Assembly: GCA_951406725.2 (NCBI GenBank)
Contig: OX597817.1
Span: 35,526,001 to 35,590,000 of the forward strand
DNA from: Octopus vulgaris
Lineage: Eukaryota
DNA length: 64,000 nucleotides
Reading direction: 5' to 3'
Shown here: piece after piece, positions 16,453-28,685 of the stretch
How the letters are laid out: each line of letters opens with the position of its first letter
Position numbering within the stretch: the first letter of the stretch is position 1
Made by a program: the position numbers and the translations under genes
The notes under the pieces: model-generated
Told to the model about the DNA's origin: nothing
Seen by the model: only the letters and a program-made list of their open reading frames with translations
Database searches by the model: none

Positions 16453-17030
16453 TCATTCATTCAATCGGTTCTCATTGCACCTAGCTCGTTCCATTGTTAA
16501 CCCTCTGCTTTTAAGATCTTTTGTTATTATTTTCCGCCGCGTTTCCTTTGGTCGGCTACGTTTTCTTTTACCTTGTGGAACCCATTGCAAAGCGATCCCG
16601 AGAATTGAGTTCAGTTTATAGCAACAAACTCGATCCAGCCAATTCCATCTCTTTCTCTCAATAGTTTCTCTTATTTGTTTCACTTTAGCCTTGGTGTGTA
16701 GTTGGCTATTCGAGATCATATTCAACTTTCAAAATTTTACGTAAACATTTATTTTGAAACACCTCCAATTTCTTTTCAATACTTTTGGTTGTTTTCCAAG
16801 ATTCGGATCCGTAGAGAACGATACTAGGTATGATGCTTTTGTAAAATCGTATTTTGGTGCTCTAGCTGAGTATTGATGACTTCCATATTGAGTTTAACAA
16901 ACCGAATGATTGGTTGGTTTTGCTGATTCCTATATTTATTTCATGAATGAAGTCTCGATCCATTGGTGCCTAGATGGTTAAATTCGTCAACATTTGCGAT
17001 TGGTTTGTCGTTCAAAATCTCATGGTCAAC
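16453..17030 (-). mobile_element. Non-LTR retrotransposon (RTE-like) RT C-terminal fragment
   Basis: ISNSQLHTKAKVKQIRETIERKRWNWL...IALQWVPQGKRKRSRPKETRR is the typical RTE post-RT region; the 3' end runs into a (TGAA)n tail. Confidence 0.8.
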
Positions 17031-17511
17031 ATCTGTTATATCTAAAAAATGAACAAGAAAAAAACTCACACTTTTAAAAAATATAACAGATGTTGTATCT
17101 TAGTGTATATAGTTTTATATTTCAAATTGTTTAAGTCCGTGAAAATGGGTGCTGCAAAATATGACCAAATAAATTTCAGTCGAATTATCGGACAAAATTC
17201 GTATATTCAGTAGTTTTGGTTCTTTTGGCGATTTGGGAGAAATAAAACGTGGGAGAAAATACGATAGTTTTACCTTGAAAAGAATAAAAAAACGTCTAGC
17301 TATTAGAGTCCCTAACGCCGAATATGGGTGGAGATAAATAAATATATAATATAAAGGGGATTTCAAAAATTATAGAAGAATTTCATATAAATTCCAGAGA
17401 TAAATTTGCAATTCAGCCAGTCAACAGGCTGCATACACTGCAACTTCATATCTCCCCACAAATACAAATCTACCTTTCATTGACTTTTTACATCGTATAC
17501 TATACTCAGTA

Positions 17512-17852
17512 AACGCAATATGGCCAAATGGTTAAGAAGTTCGCTTCAGAGTCCCAAGTGTTCGATTCCACTGCATGTCATCTTGGTCAAATGTCACTTT
17601 TATAGTTTCGAATTGCCCATACCTTGTGAGGGAAATTAGGCAAACAGTAAACAATAGAGAGTCTGTCGGAACGATTGTACCTGTAATTAAGAGGTAAAAC
17701 CTTGTCACACTCACTGTGCTACAGATTCTGCATTAGAATTACGTCAAGGACACACGTGCCTGTGGAATGTTCAGCTACTTACCTGTTAATTCAGGTGCAG
17801 GTTTTTCAATTGATCAAACAACTGAGCCCTAACCGTCAAACGACGAAGACCC
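17512..17852 (+). mobile_element. SINE family E-related, degenerate copy
   Basis: accttgtcacac...acgtcaaggacacacgtgcctgtggaatgttcagc resembles 42087-42405. Confidence 0.6.
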
Positions 17853-17885
17853 ACCATAACACTATTACAATAGCCTCCTTCATAA

Positions 17886-18123
17886 ATACCTATTTCTTTA
17901 CTACCCACAAGGGGCTAAACACAGAGGGGACGAACAAGGACAGACAAACGGATTAAGTCGATTATATCGACCCCAGTGCTTAACTGGTACTTATTTAATC
18001 GACCCCGAAAGGATAAAAGGCAAAGTCGACCTCGGCGGAATTTGAACTCAGAACGTAGCGGCAGACGAAATACTGCTAAGCATTTCGCCCGGCGTGCTAA
18101 CGTTTCTGCCAGCTCGCCGCCGT
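17886..18123 (-). mobile_element. SINE family B, full length with TSD
   Basis: Complete head and body; 15-bp flanking direct repeat tccttcataaatacc at 17876-17890 and 18124-18138. Confidence 0.92.
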
Positions 18124-18518
18124 TCCTTCATAAATACCATTCACTTAAAAACAAATTTCTCTCTGCTTTCGCTCACTCATACCCAACTTGGTCTGCTTCT
18201 GTCTCTCCTCCTCTAATTTTATATCTTTCCTTCTCCCCTGTTATATATTTATTTATTTTCTTTATATTTCCTTTCGCTTATGTTCTTCCATTTCCTCTTA
18301 CTTTACTTCTGTACATCTGTTTTTCATTATTTCACTCCTCTCATTGTACTTTTATTATATCTTTCGCTTAAGTAATAATGCATTGCGCAGTCAAACCTTT
18401 ATATCTAAATATGGAAAGTCAGATGGTATGCAGTTACTGATGAAATCCCAACACAAGATTGAAGCTAGGCCAGCTTATAGAGATGCAGTGTTAAACTCTC
18501 TTTATTCAAAAGCATTTT

Positions 18519-18653
18519 GGCTTACCAACCACATGGTTCCGGGTTAAGTCCCACTGCGTGGCACCTTGGGCAAGTGTCTTCTACTATAACCTCGGGCCGA
18601 CCAAAGCCTTGTGAGTGGATTTGGTAGACGGAAACTGAAAGAAGCCCGTCGTA

Positions 18654-18686
<33 letters not shown>

Positions 18687-18908
18687 GCGTGTGTGTGTTT
18701 GTGTGTCTGCGTTTGTCCCCCTAGCATTGCTTGACAACCGATGCTGGTGTGTTTATGTCCCCGTTACTTAGCGGTTACTTAGAGACCGATAGAATAAGTA
18801 CTGGGCTTACAAAAGAATAAGTCCCGGGGTCGAGTTGCTCGATTAAAGGCGGTGCTCCAGCATGGCCGCAGTCAAAATGACTGAAACAAGTAAAAGAGTA
18901 AAAGAGTA
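18519..18908 (+). mobile_element. SINE family A, 5'-truncated
   Basis: Near-identical to 24995-25405. Confidence 0.9.
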
Positions 18909-19379
18909 TATGAGTTTTGCTGAAAGTAATGCGACTTCAATCTATAATTCATTATTGTCAGCTTCAAATGTAACGTCAATCTCAAATTAATTATCGTCAG
19001 CCTCAGTTTTCCCATCGTCAGCCTCGATTCCATTGTCGTCCATTTCAATTTCGTCAATGTCAACTTAAATATCATCATTATAGGACAGAGCAAATTTTTT
19101 TATGAGAAAAAATTGGACGTTAGTGATTACTTGTCGCAGAATTATAAGACAATGTAAACATTAAAAAGTTGTATATAATCAAAATTAACGCACCTGACTT
19201 TCTATACATACATTGTGTGTGTATATTTTGTAAATATGCTATATATATACAACACAAATAAATAGAATCAGTTTAACCTTTTATTCATCATTCCCATTAT
19301 CTCTAGCTAGACAGTGAAAAAGTTCATATTTGCTTTCTTTTAGTAAATGCTACGTAAGTCCAACTAATTTAAGAAGTGA

Positions 19380-19383
<4 letters not shown>

Positions 19384-19473
<90 letters not shown>

Positions 19474-19533
19474 GATAATGATAATAATAATAATAATGAT
19501 AATAATGACAGCAACAACAACAACAACAACAAC
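19384..19533. repeat. (AAT)n/(AAC)n microsatellite
   Basis: Direct observation. Confidence 0.95.
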
Positions 19534-19582
19534 ATCGAAAAATACCATAGGAATGAGAACCCAGGTTCAAAATTTTCCCAAG

Positions 19583-19626
19583 ACACCTGATGAAGACTGG
19601 AAGGTATATCAGCCGAAACGCTGTGT
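19583..19626 (+). ncRNA. Minimal type I hammerhead-like motif in a PLE-type tail
   Basis: ACAC CTGATGA a GACTG gaaggtatat CAGCC GAAAC GCT GTGT; stem I ACAC/GTGT; the cleavage triplet is GCT rather than GTH. Confidence 0.65.
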
Positions 19627-19962
19627 TAAAAACAAACAAGATGAGGACAAATACCCGTCAAATGTAAATAATGTACGTAATTCCTCACTGAACTCGGAAC
19701 CATGTGGTTGGTAAACAAGCTACTTACCACACAGCCACTCCTGCACCTATTAATGTTGACAATCTGAAAACGATCTGGTGAAAATTTGAAATTCTTCAGG
19801 TGGTTGGAAGAAATCTGCTGATTATTAAAAAGATTAAAAGAATAGATGCTGCTTTTACTTGTTTCAGTCATTAGACTGTGGCCATGCTGGAGCACAACCT
19901 TGAAGAATTTTAGTCGAACGAATCGTCCCCAGTATTTTTTAAAAGCCTTTTATATATTCTAT

Positions 19963-20267
19963 TGTGGAAGCACGTGGCCTAGAGGTTAGAGCAGCGGACT
20001 CGCGGTCGTGGGATCGCGTGTTCGAATCTCAGACCGGGCAATGTGTGTGTTTTTGAGCGAAAACACCTAAGCTCCACGTGGCTCCGACAGAATGTAATGG
20101 CGAACTTCTGCTGACTCTTTCGTCACAACTTTCTCTCTTCTTTCCTCCTGCATCTTGCAGCTCACCTGCGACGGACCGGCGTCCCGTCCAGGTGGGGGAA
20201 CCTATTCGCTAAGGAAACCGGGAAACCGGCCCTATGAGCCAGGCATGGCTTGAGAAGGAACAGACAA
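19963..20267 (+). mobile_element. SINE family C, full length
   Basis: Matches 32873-33176. Confidence 0.9.
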
Positions 20268-20289
20268 TAAACATATACTATTAATCTCT

Positions 20290-20570
<281 letters not shown>

Positions 20571-20919
20571 AACGCGGATATAAATGATTTAAAAAAAGCA
20601 AAAAACAAAAGACCGGATTGAGGTCAAAATTTTCGGCCTCGACCTACTTAAACGAGCAAGATCACTCAATTAGCGTATAAGTGGCTGTGTATACCACTAC
20701 ACACGTGTCCTCAATATACTTTTCAGGTGGAATAAACGTGACGTGGTGTAACATGACTGACCCTTTGAATTACAGGAACAATCCATCTACACCGTTTTCG
20801 TCAACCTAGTATTTACTTACAAGCTTGGGGGTCGACCTAAACCTATAGAAAATAACACTTGCCTAAGATATCACTCAACGGAATCGATACCGGAACCTTA
20901 TGACATTTCGTAACCATTC

Positions 20920-21667
20920 GGCGCGTGGCTTAGTAGTCAGGGGCATTCGGTTCATGATCGTAAGGTCGTGAGTTCAATTCCCGGCGGCGCGTTGTGTCCT
21001 TGAGCAAGACACTTTATTTCACGTTGCTCCAGTCCTCTCAGCTGGCAAAATTGAGTAGTACCTGTATTTCAAAGGGCCAGCCTTGTCACACACTGTGTCA
21101 CGCTGAATCTCCCCGAGAACTACGTTAAGGGTACACGTGTTTAAGGTGGCGAGCTGGCAGGAACGTTAGCACACCGGGCGAAATGCTTAGCGGTATTTCG
21201 TCTGCCGTTACGTTCTGAGTTCAAATTCCGACGAGGTCGACTTTGCCTTTCATCCTTTCGGGGTCGATTAAATAAGTACCAGTTACGCACTGGTGTCGAT
21301 ATAATCGACTTAATCCTTTTGTCTGTCCTTGTTTGTCCTCCTTGTATTTAGCCCCTTGTGGGTAGTAAAGAAATAGGTATTTCGTCTGCCGTTACGTTCT
21401 GAGTTCAAATTCCGCCGAGGTCGACTTTGCCTTTCATCCTTTCGGGGTCGATTAAATAAGTACCAGTTACGCACTGGGGTCGATATAATTGACTTAATCC
21501 TTTCGTCTGTCCTTGTTTGTCCTCTTTGTGTTTAGCCCCTTGTGGGTAGTAAAGAAATAGGTATAATGTTTGTGGAGTGCTCAGTCATTTGCACGTTAAT
21601 TTCGCGAGCAAGCTGTTCCGTTGGTCGTATCAGCTGGGACCCCTCGTCGTCGCAACCGACGGAGTGC
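20920..21667 (+). mobile_element. SINE family E interrupted by a SINE-B dimer
   Basis: 20920-21140 and about 21568-21667 join into a copy matching 42087-42405. Confidence 0.88.
21143..21563 (+). mobile_element. SINE family B: one head plus two 184-bp bodies
   Basis: gtatttcgtctgccgttacg occurs at 21193 and 21377. Confidence 0.92.
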
Positions 21668-22024
21668 CCCTACCTACCCATCTACCTACATGCAGCTACA
21701 CAACTATCACTGAAGTCACTTAGCTTACTACTCGTGATTTCGTAGTCGTTTCACTTATGATACACTTGTGCTTCCACGGCTGACAGACGTCATGAAGTGC
21801 TTCGTAACTATTCCTTTCATGTCTTCCCCCTACCTCTCTCTCTTTCTCCCTCACTTCTCTTCCATCTGTCATATCTCTTGCATTGGTTTTTCCCCATCTC
21901 CCCCTCTCTCGCTCGCTCTCTCACACACTCTGTCAGTTTATGTCTGACTCTCTGTCTGACTCTCTGACTCTGTCAGTCTGTTACTCTTTATCTGTCTTAC
22001 TTTCTCATTCTCTCACTTCGCCAG

Positions 22025-22650
22025 TTTGTGTGTCACTCTCTGCCTTTCTTTCTTTCTTTCTTTCTTTTCTTCTTTCTTTCTTTCTTTCCCACTTTCTCAC
22101 TTTCTTTCCTCCTTTCTTTTTCACTCGGTCAGATTTTTACTCTCTCTCTCTCTCTCTTTCTCTCTGTTAGTTTGTCACTACTGCCTTTCATTCCTTCCTT
22201 CTTTCTTTCTTTTTTCCTTCTTTCTTTCTTTCTCACTTTTTCTTTCCCACTTTCTTACTTTCTTTCCTCTTTCTTTTTCACTGTCAGATTTTCATTCTCT
22301 CTCTCTCTCCCCCTCTCTCTCTTTCTCTCTGTTAGTTTGTCACTCTCTGCCTTTCATTCCTTCTTTCTTTCTCTCTTTCTTTCTTTCTCACTCTTTCTTT
22401 CCCACTTTCTCACTTTCTTTCCTCTTTCTTTTTCACTCGGTCAGATTTTCACTCTCTCTCTCTCTCTTTCTTTCTCTCTGTTAGTTTGTCACTCTCTGCC
22501 TTTCATTCTTTCATTCCTTCTTTCTTTCTTTCCTTCTTTCTTTCTTTCCCACTTTCTTTCCTCTTTCTTTTTCACTGTCAGATTTTCATTCACTCTCTCT
22601 CTCGCTCTCTCTCTCTCTCTTTTTTCTCTCTGTCAGTATGTCATTCTTTT
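22025..22650. repeat. CT-rich tandem repeat, about 4 units of ~150 bp
   Basis: Recurrent gttagtttgtcact, tcccactttct and gtcagatttt anchors. Confidence 0.8.
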
Positions 22651-23192
22651 TTCTCTTTCTCTTTTCTGTTTCTTCCCATTCTTCTTTCTTTTTAATTTAT
22701 TTTTTATCTCAACACTTTTGACCCAGACTTTTCGCCATCACCCTTACGTCTGTTCAAATCCTCGTAAGCAGTGCTCCAGCTTGGTCTTGACCAGGATTTC
22801 CTCAGCGACATACCAAAAGAGAGGACAAACTTTCCGTCATTCATTCTTGTCTTACAAATATTTTCCATCTATTTCATTCCTCTATATACTCCTCCTTCTC
22901 TCTTCCCTCCTTCTCTCTTCCCTCCCTTTCTCCCTTCTCTATCCCCTCCCTTCTCTCTCTGTCTCTGTCTGTCTCTCTCTCCACCGTCTGTTTTGTCTAC
23001 ACTCCAGTTTATATTTTTAGCTATGTGCGTGTGTGTATGTCTATCAAGGACACATTGCTATATACAATGTCTATAAAAATCTTGGATGGTCACGGCTGGA
23101 ATTCCAGTCAGATTTTGACCGACTATGTACAATAATTCTGCTCGGTTAAGACTGACCTAAGACTAAAATACTTCGATTCAACATAGCTACTA

Positions 23193-23226
<34 letters not shown>

Positions 23227-23454
23227 CCTCCCTTCTCTCCCTCTCTTAACTATATCTCAGGCGTTTAAGTTAAAAGAATCCGGTTGCCGGCAGGATTTCT
23301 CTTTTCTCAGCCAATGAGAAAGTTCTTGCAAAATTTGTGGAAGCGCACCTTTTATGAAATTGTTCGTTATACGATGTAAAATGAAGAAAAAGGGGAGGGA
23401 AAAAAAAAAAATTAATTTCCCCCCCCCCCTCCCCCACCACCACCTTCACAATCT

Positions 23455-23785
23455 TTTCTGCTCTAGGTACAAGGCCCGAAATTTTGGGGGAGAGGACCAG
23501 TCGATTAGATCGATCCCAGTACGCAAGTGGTACTTAATTTATCGACCCCGAAAGGATGAAAGGCAAAGTCGACCTCGTCGGAATTTGAATTCAGTACGTA
23601 AAGACGGACAAAATATCTATTTGTTTACTACCCACAAGGGGCTAAACACAGAGGGAACAAACAAGGACAGACAAAAGGATTAAGTCGATTATATCGACCC
23701 CAGTGCGTAACTGGTACTTAATTTATCGATCCCGAAAGGATGAAAGCAAATCGACCTTGGCGGAATTTGAACCCAGAACGTGACT
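23455..23785 (-). mobile_element. SINE family B hetero-dimer (variant-tail unit plus canonical unit)
   Basis: Two successive B cores; the outer unit has the aggcccgaaattttggggg tail variant, a version of which is also seen near 42520. Confidence 0.8.
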
Positions 23786-23879
23786 TTGTTTCTTTATAGC
23801 ATCCTGAAAAATGCATTTTTACTTTTAATGAAATTTTTCCAGATAGGCACAAGCGTGACTGTATGATTTGAATCAGAGC

Positions 23880-24760
23880 ACCTCACACATCATTGTCACC
23901 TCGACTGCCAAGGGCACGCTAGGTTGGCACCCTTCTTTCCCTCAACTGCTCCAGCTTACAGACGACTATTCAGAGTAGGCCCATTCGCACGAGCCATTTT
24001 CACATCATTCACCCACCTTTCAACAAAATTATTGGGGGCGGGGCAGTACTTCCTTCTCGACCCTCACTTACCTTTTCACTCAGTCAGATTTTCACTCGGC
24101 TGAAGAGGAACGTGTCTGTCTTCAGTCCTTTCAGCCTCGTCCACCACACTACCTCTTTCCACGACGACACGCAGTTCCACCCCATTGGACAGCTGGATCA
24201 GGTTCGGGATCTTCTCGATATTTTCTGGCTTTACATGGATTAATATTTCCAAGTTGATTCCGCACCAGTTCTCCCTGCTGCTCCTTGTTACCTCCAGGAG
24301 TGACCCTGAGGCCTGCCACCACACAGGCGACAATCCGCCAGACGTTTACGCCCGGTGGCACGCCATTTATCCTAATTCTAGTCGTTCTCTTTGAGAGGTT
24401 GGTAGGACACAAGACCCACTCCTCAGTTTACCGGGATGAGACTGCATGTTTTCACCCTTTCGTTACCAGCCCGGCTGAAACCGGCTCTGGCTCTTTAGTA
24501 TAAATGTCTTGTTTTCATAAATTTTGAATTCAAAATTTCCACCAAATTTTAGTCACAATTTATGTTCCTAACACTAGCTCAATGATAACGATGTTATTTT
24601 ACTAAATTCTTTCTTATATTTAAAATAATTGGAAGAAACACAGAGCACCTCAAAATAAATACAGTAACGAAAGGGTTAAAGAGGGCCTCAATGCTGGCAA
24701 ACATCTATTAAAATCTCTTTGAGGGCCTTCTCAACGTGATTGATGGAGGCTATTTCAGCA
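23880..24760 (-). mobile_element. Probable non-LTR retroelement ORF1 (gag-like) remnant
   Basis: GC-richer segment translating to CPTNLSKRTTRIRINGVPPGVNVWRIVACVVAG, reminiscent of L1/Tx1-type ORF1; interrupted by a MITE. Confidence 0.4.
24455..24675. mobile_element. TTAA-type (piggyBac-like) MITE
   Basis: 12-bp TIR CCCTTTCGTTAC/GTAACGAAAGGG flanked by TTCA and TTAA. Confidence 0.8.
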
Positions 24761-24994
24761 CTCTTACTTTTGCGTAGGAGTTTCTAAACACCGAATTTTC
24801 TTTCAAAATTCCTTATACGTTTACTTGTGTATGTTTGCAATAGAAATCTCTGAAAGAACATTTTTTTCAGTAGTCAGAGACCTAGCTGTTTCTTGCCATA
24901 AATACATCTAAATTTTTTTCATGGACCATTAGAATACCAATGTGAATCCACAATTTACAATTTTGCTTGCGTGCCCCCACCTCAAATCATATAT

Positions 24995-25405
24995 AGGCGC
25001 AGGAGTGGCTGTGTGGTAAGTAGCTTGCTTACCAACCACATGGTTCCGGGTTCAGTCCCACTACGTGTCACCTTGGGCAAGTGTCTTCTACTATAGCCTC
25101 AGGCCGACCAAAGCCTTGTGAGTGGATTTGGTAGACGGAAACTGAAAGAAGCCCGTCGTATATATATATGTGTGTGTATGTATAAGGTTTGTGTGTCTGT
25201 GTTTTTCCCAACGACATCGCTTGAGAACCGATGCTGGTGTGTTTACATCCTCGTTACTTAGCGATTCGGCAAGAGAGACCGATAGAATAAGTACTAGGCT
25301 TACAAAGAATAAGTTCTGGGGTCGATTTGCTCGAATAAAGGCGGTGCTCCAGCATGGCCGCAGTCAAATAACTGAAACAAGTAAAAGAGAAAAAGAATAA
25401 AAGAA
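24995..25405 (+). mobile_element. SINE family A, full length (reference copy)
   Basis: Head ggcgcaggagtggctgtgtggtaag with an A-box-like motif, B-box-like gggttcagtccc, CORE-like ccttgggcaagt, short internal TA/TG tract, A-rich tail. Confidence 0.93.
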
Positions 25406-25607
25406 TATATGGAGCCTCAGGGATCATATGGACACTGGTTGAAAACCATTGTTTTACATGGTGTCCATTAGAGAATTATAATCGGAATTATTTTGTAGGA
25501 GAGTTTTTTTTTTCTTTCGGAAGGGCGGAGAAGAGTTTCGGATAATTCACACATCTCGATTTATTTCTTCATATCTTTCAGAAAACTGGATATTTTAAAA
25601 ATGAATA

Positions 25608-26002
25608 TCTTTATATATAAAAGTCAAGTTGTGTGTCTGTCTCCTACGATTTAGATTCCTAACTACTCCCACATTTTGCGGTGCAGTTTAACCAAAACCG
25701 GGTATCTTATAGTCGTGATTCATATCGAGCCCTTCTGGGTATTATCGCGCGTCTACGATGAGTCTGCGATTAAAAAAAAAAATTACCATCATTTTTTCCC
25801 ATTTGAATGCATTTTTCGCTATTATATAAAGGAAGTAACTCTCTAAAAATGTCTACGATGAGTCAATGATTTAAAAAAAAATTACCATCATTTTTTTCCA
25901 TTTTTAATGCATTTTTTTGCTAATTTTTGGCTATAACTCTCTAAAAATGCTTATATAGTTATTTCCCTTACAAACCCGAGCAACGCCGGGCGATACTGCT
26001 AG
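25608..26002 (+). mobile_element. Non-autonomous Helitron
   Basis: 5' TC after A; 3' hairpin cccgagcaacgccggg (25975-25990) then CTAG before T; internal ~100-bp direct repeat (25751-25950). Confidence 0.85.
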
Positions 26003-26354
26003 TAATAAATAAATCTAATGCGTTTCAGATGATATAGATTACGTCTATGTGGGAATTTAAAGTCGGAAACAGAAAAAGACATACGAGGTGCGGTGAGATA
26101 ATTAACACATTTTAATTCTGTTTCGTCATACGTTTTGATGAGATGAATTAATTATTCGCCTCCATTATTTTCCTTTTATTTTATGTATTTCCTTTTTTCA
26201 CGTTCACTTCCGATATAATCCTTAATTTACACCTTCGGAAACGTATTTTTTGTTAATTTTGACAATTATGAGGAAATAAAATTAGGGAGTGAAGGGCACA
26301 TATCTGTAGTTACACCATATGTGTGTGTGGACACACACACTTGCAAACACGAGG

Positions 26355-26403
<49 letters not shown>

Positions 26404-26484
26404 TATTTGACAGGCTTCTTTCAGTTTCAGTCTAGCAAATCCACTCACAAGACTTTGGTCGGTCCGATGCTATAAGTAGAAGAA

Positions 26485-26549
<65 letters not shown>

Positions 26550-26644
26550 ATCGTTAATTCAAATTGAATATCGATCTTATCAAGTGGCCAGCATGAGAAT
26601 AAAAACCTTCAAAGGTAATAATTATTATTTAAATTATAATTTTA

Positions 26645-26710
<66 letters not shown>

Positions 26711-27057
26711 GTTATATAATTAGGGCTCAGTAAAATAATTTACTTTACCACATACTGAAACTTTTAGAAATAGCAGCCAAAAAGTTTTTTTAGCCATTTC
26801 TTCTACTATAAGAAAAATCTCCCAGATAGTGTTTACTCAAAAATAATTCACGTAGATATGGAGGGAAAAACAACAAAATATCATATGTACAAAGATCATT
26901 TGAGAACGTTAACGTTTCTAGATTAGTCGAATTAAAACTCGACATTTCTTTCGTCAGCTCAACATTTCTTAATTTGGATTTGAAAGCACTAAAAAAATTG
27001 AACATACCCGTCCGATATGAGTAAAAATTAATTGATTTTACCCTTTTATTATTGCTA

Positions 27058-27120
<63 letters not shown>

Positions 27121-27289
27121 GTAATGATAATAATAATTATAACAGTGATGTCGATAGCAATAATAACGATAATAATAATAATGGTAACGCTAGCGTTGAT
27201 ATCGATACTAGAAATGACGGCAATTATAACAGCAATATCACGAACGATTCACCTAATAATATCCTAGTCACTACCAGCACTACTTCATC

Positions 27290-27930
27290 TCTCTCTCTCC
27301 AATTACCCATCGTAGAACTGAGAGCTGCAACTGCAGATCCGTAACAAACTGTCCGCTGCAAGCCCAATGCAGAAGATTCAACGTCGTGTACCAACGCATC
27401 GTTCACAACATATTAAATAACTTCTATAGCTACTACATTGGTTTTACTACAAATTTTAAATAAAGATACTATGTACATTTAAACTCGTTTAGATATAAAG
27501 AAAATAGCAATTCCACATCACTAGCCAGCCATGTACACCATCTAATTAATATAAAAATACAATATAGATTTTCCTGGACTATAATAGACTCGGATATCCC
27601 GTCTTAGGGACAACACTCCATTTGTGGACTCTACTTAAAAGAAGCCCTCAAAATTTAACCCATAACTTATCACAATTGCTTAATAAACACAATGAAGCTT
27701 TCACTATATGTAAGCACAAATTCTTCTGCACTTTTAAATTCTTTAATAAATCTAAATGTAAGTTCACCCCCACGAATAACATCCACATACAAACTTCCAT
27801 GATCATTAACAATTACCTCTCTATATCTCTTCTATCTCTCCTATATCTCTTTATCTATTCTATCTATCTTATCTCTTTTATCTCTTCTATCTTTGATGAT
27901 CGATGTTACTATCGTCACGGAGCTTTCTAC
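27290..27930 (+). mobile_element. Penelope-like element GIY-YIG endonuclease fragment and tail
   Basis: Manual translation gives ESCNCRSVTNCPLQAQCRRFNVVYQRIVHNILNNFYSYYIGFTTNFK*RYYVHLNSFRYKENSNSTSLASHVH (Cys linker plus VVY...YIG). Confidence 0.88.
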
Positions 27931-27966
27931 TAAGATATCCATGCATAGTCTTCTGCTCATATAGAC

Positions 27967-28614
27967 TCATCCTTTCATCTGATGATATGTTGCGGTAGAG
28001 TCGTGCGACTTCTTTGGGTTATCATACAAAGAGTGTTGCTCAAGGAGCTGCCTTCCAAGTCTTATGATGTTATCAGCCTCATTTATGCAAACTTGGTCAA
28101 GGGATGCACTTCGACGCTTGGTGGTTAAAAAATATTGCCGAAGGGATATGATGCGACATTCAAAGGAATTCTGGATCGATGTTAAGCCTCTGTCGCCTTG
28201 TTTACGTTTTAGGTAAAGGCGGTCTACGTCAATGTTTATGTGGAAATTATGTGTGCTTGTTAATATTTTTCGGATTTTCATATCGATGGCTCGGATCTCA
28301 TCAAGCGTCCAATCAAGCAGCCCAAATGTTGGTATGAGTACTAGCACTGCAAACACATTGTGGGCTACTGTTTTATTGAATGCAGAGAGTTTTGATATCC
28401 AAATTTTCTTTATTTGGCTGTAATATTCTTTAGTGACATGTGTTTTATTACAGGTGCCATTGTAAGATATGTTTTCATCCACCCCTAGATACCTGTAACA
28501 TTTCTCGTCAGATACAGAGGAAACAGTCAAATCATTGACGAAGATGTTACTAGTCTGGTTCATAGTTTTTCCCCTTTTCACAACCATATAACATTTATCC
28601 TGACCAAACTCCAA
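27967..28614 (-). mobile_element. Non-LTR retrotransposon RT C-terminal fragment, R4/Dong-like
   Basis: EFGQDKC...YRYLGV...SKLSAFNKTVAHNVFA...WTLDEIRAIDMKIRKIL...DVDRLYLKRKQGDRGL. Confidence 0.85.
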
Positions 28615-28653
28615 CCCTTACAGCATTTGAGGATGTTGTAACTAGGTCAAGGT

Positions 28654-28685
<32 letters not shown>

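Noticed and set aside
22028-23020. 330-aa Phe/Leu/Ser-rich ORF resembling a membrane protein
   Set aside because: Product of a CT-rich tandem repeat, with overlapping frames also open
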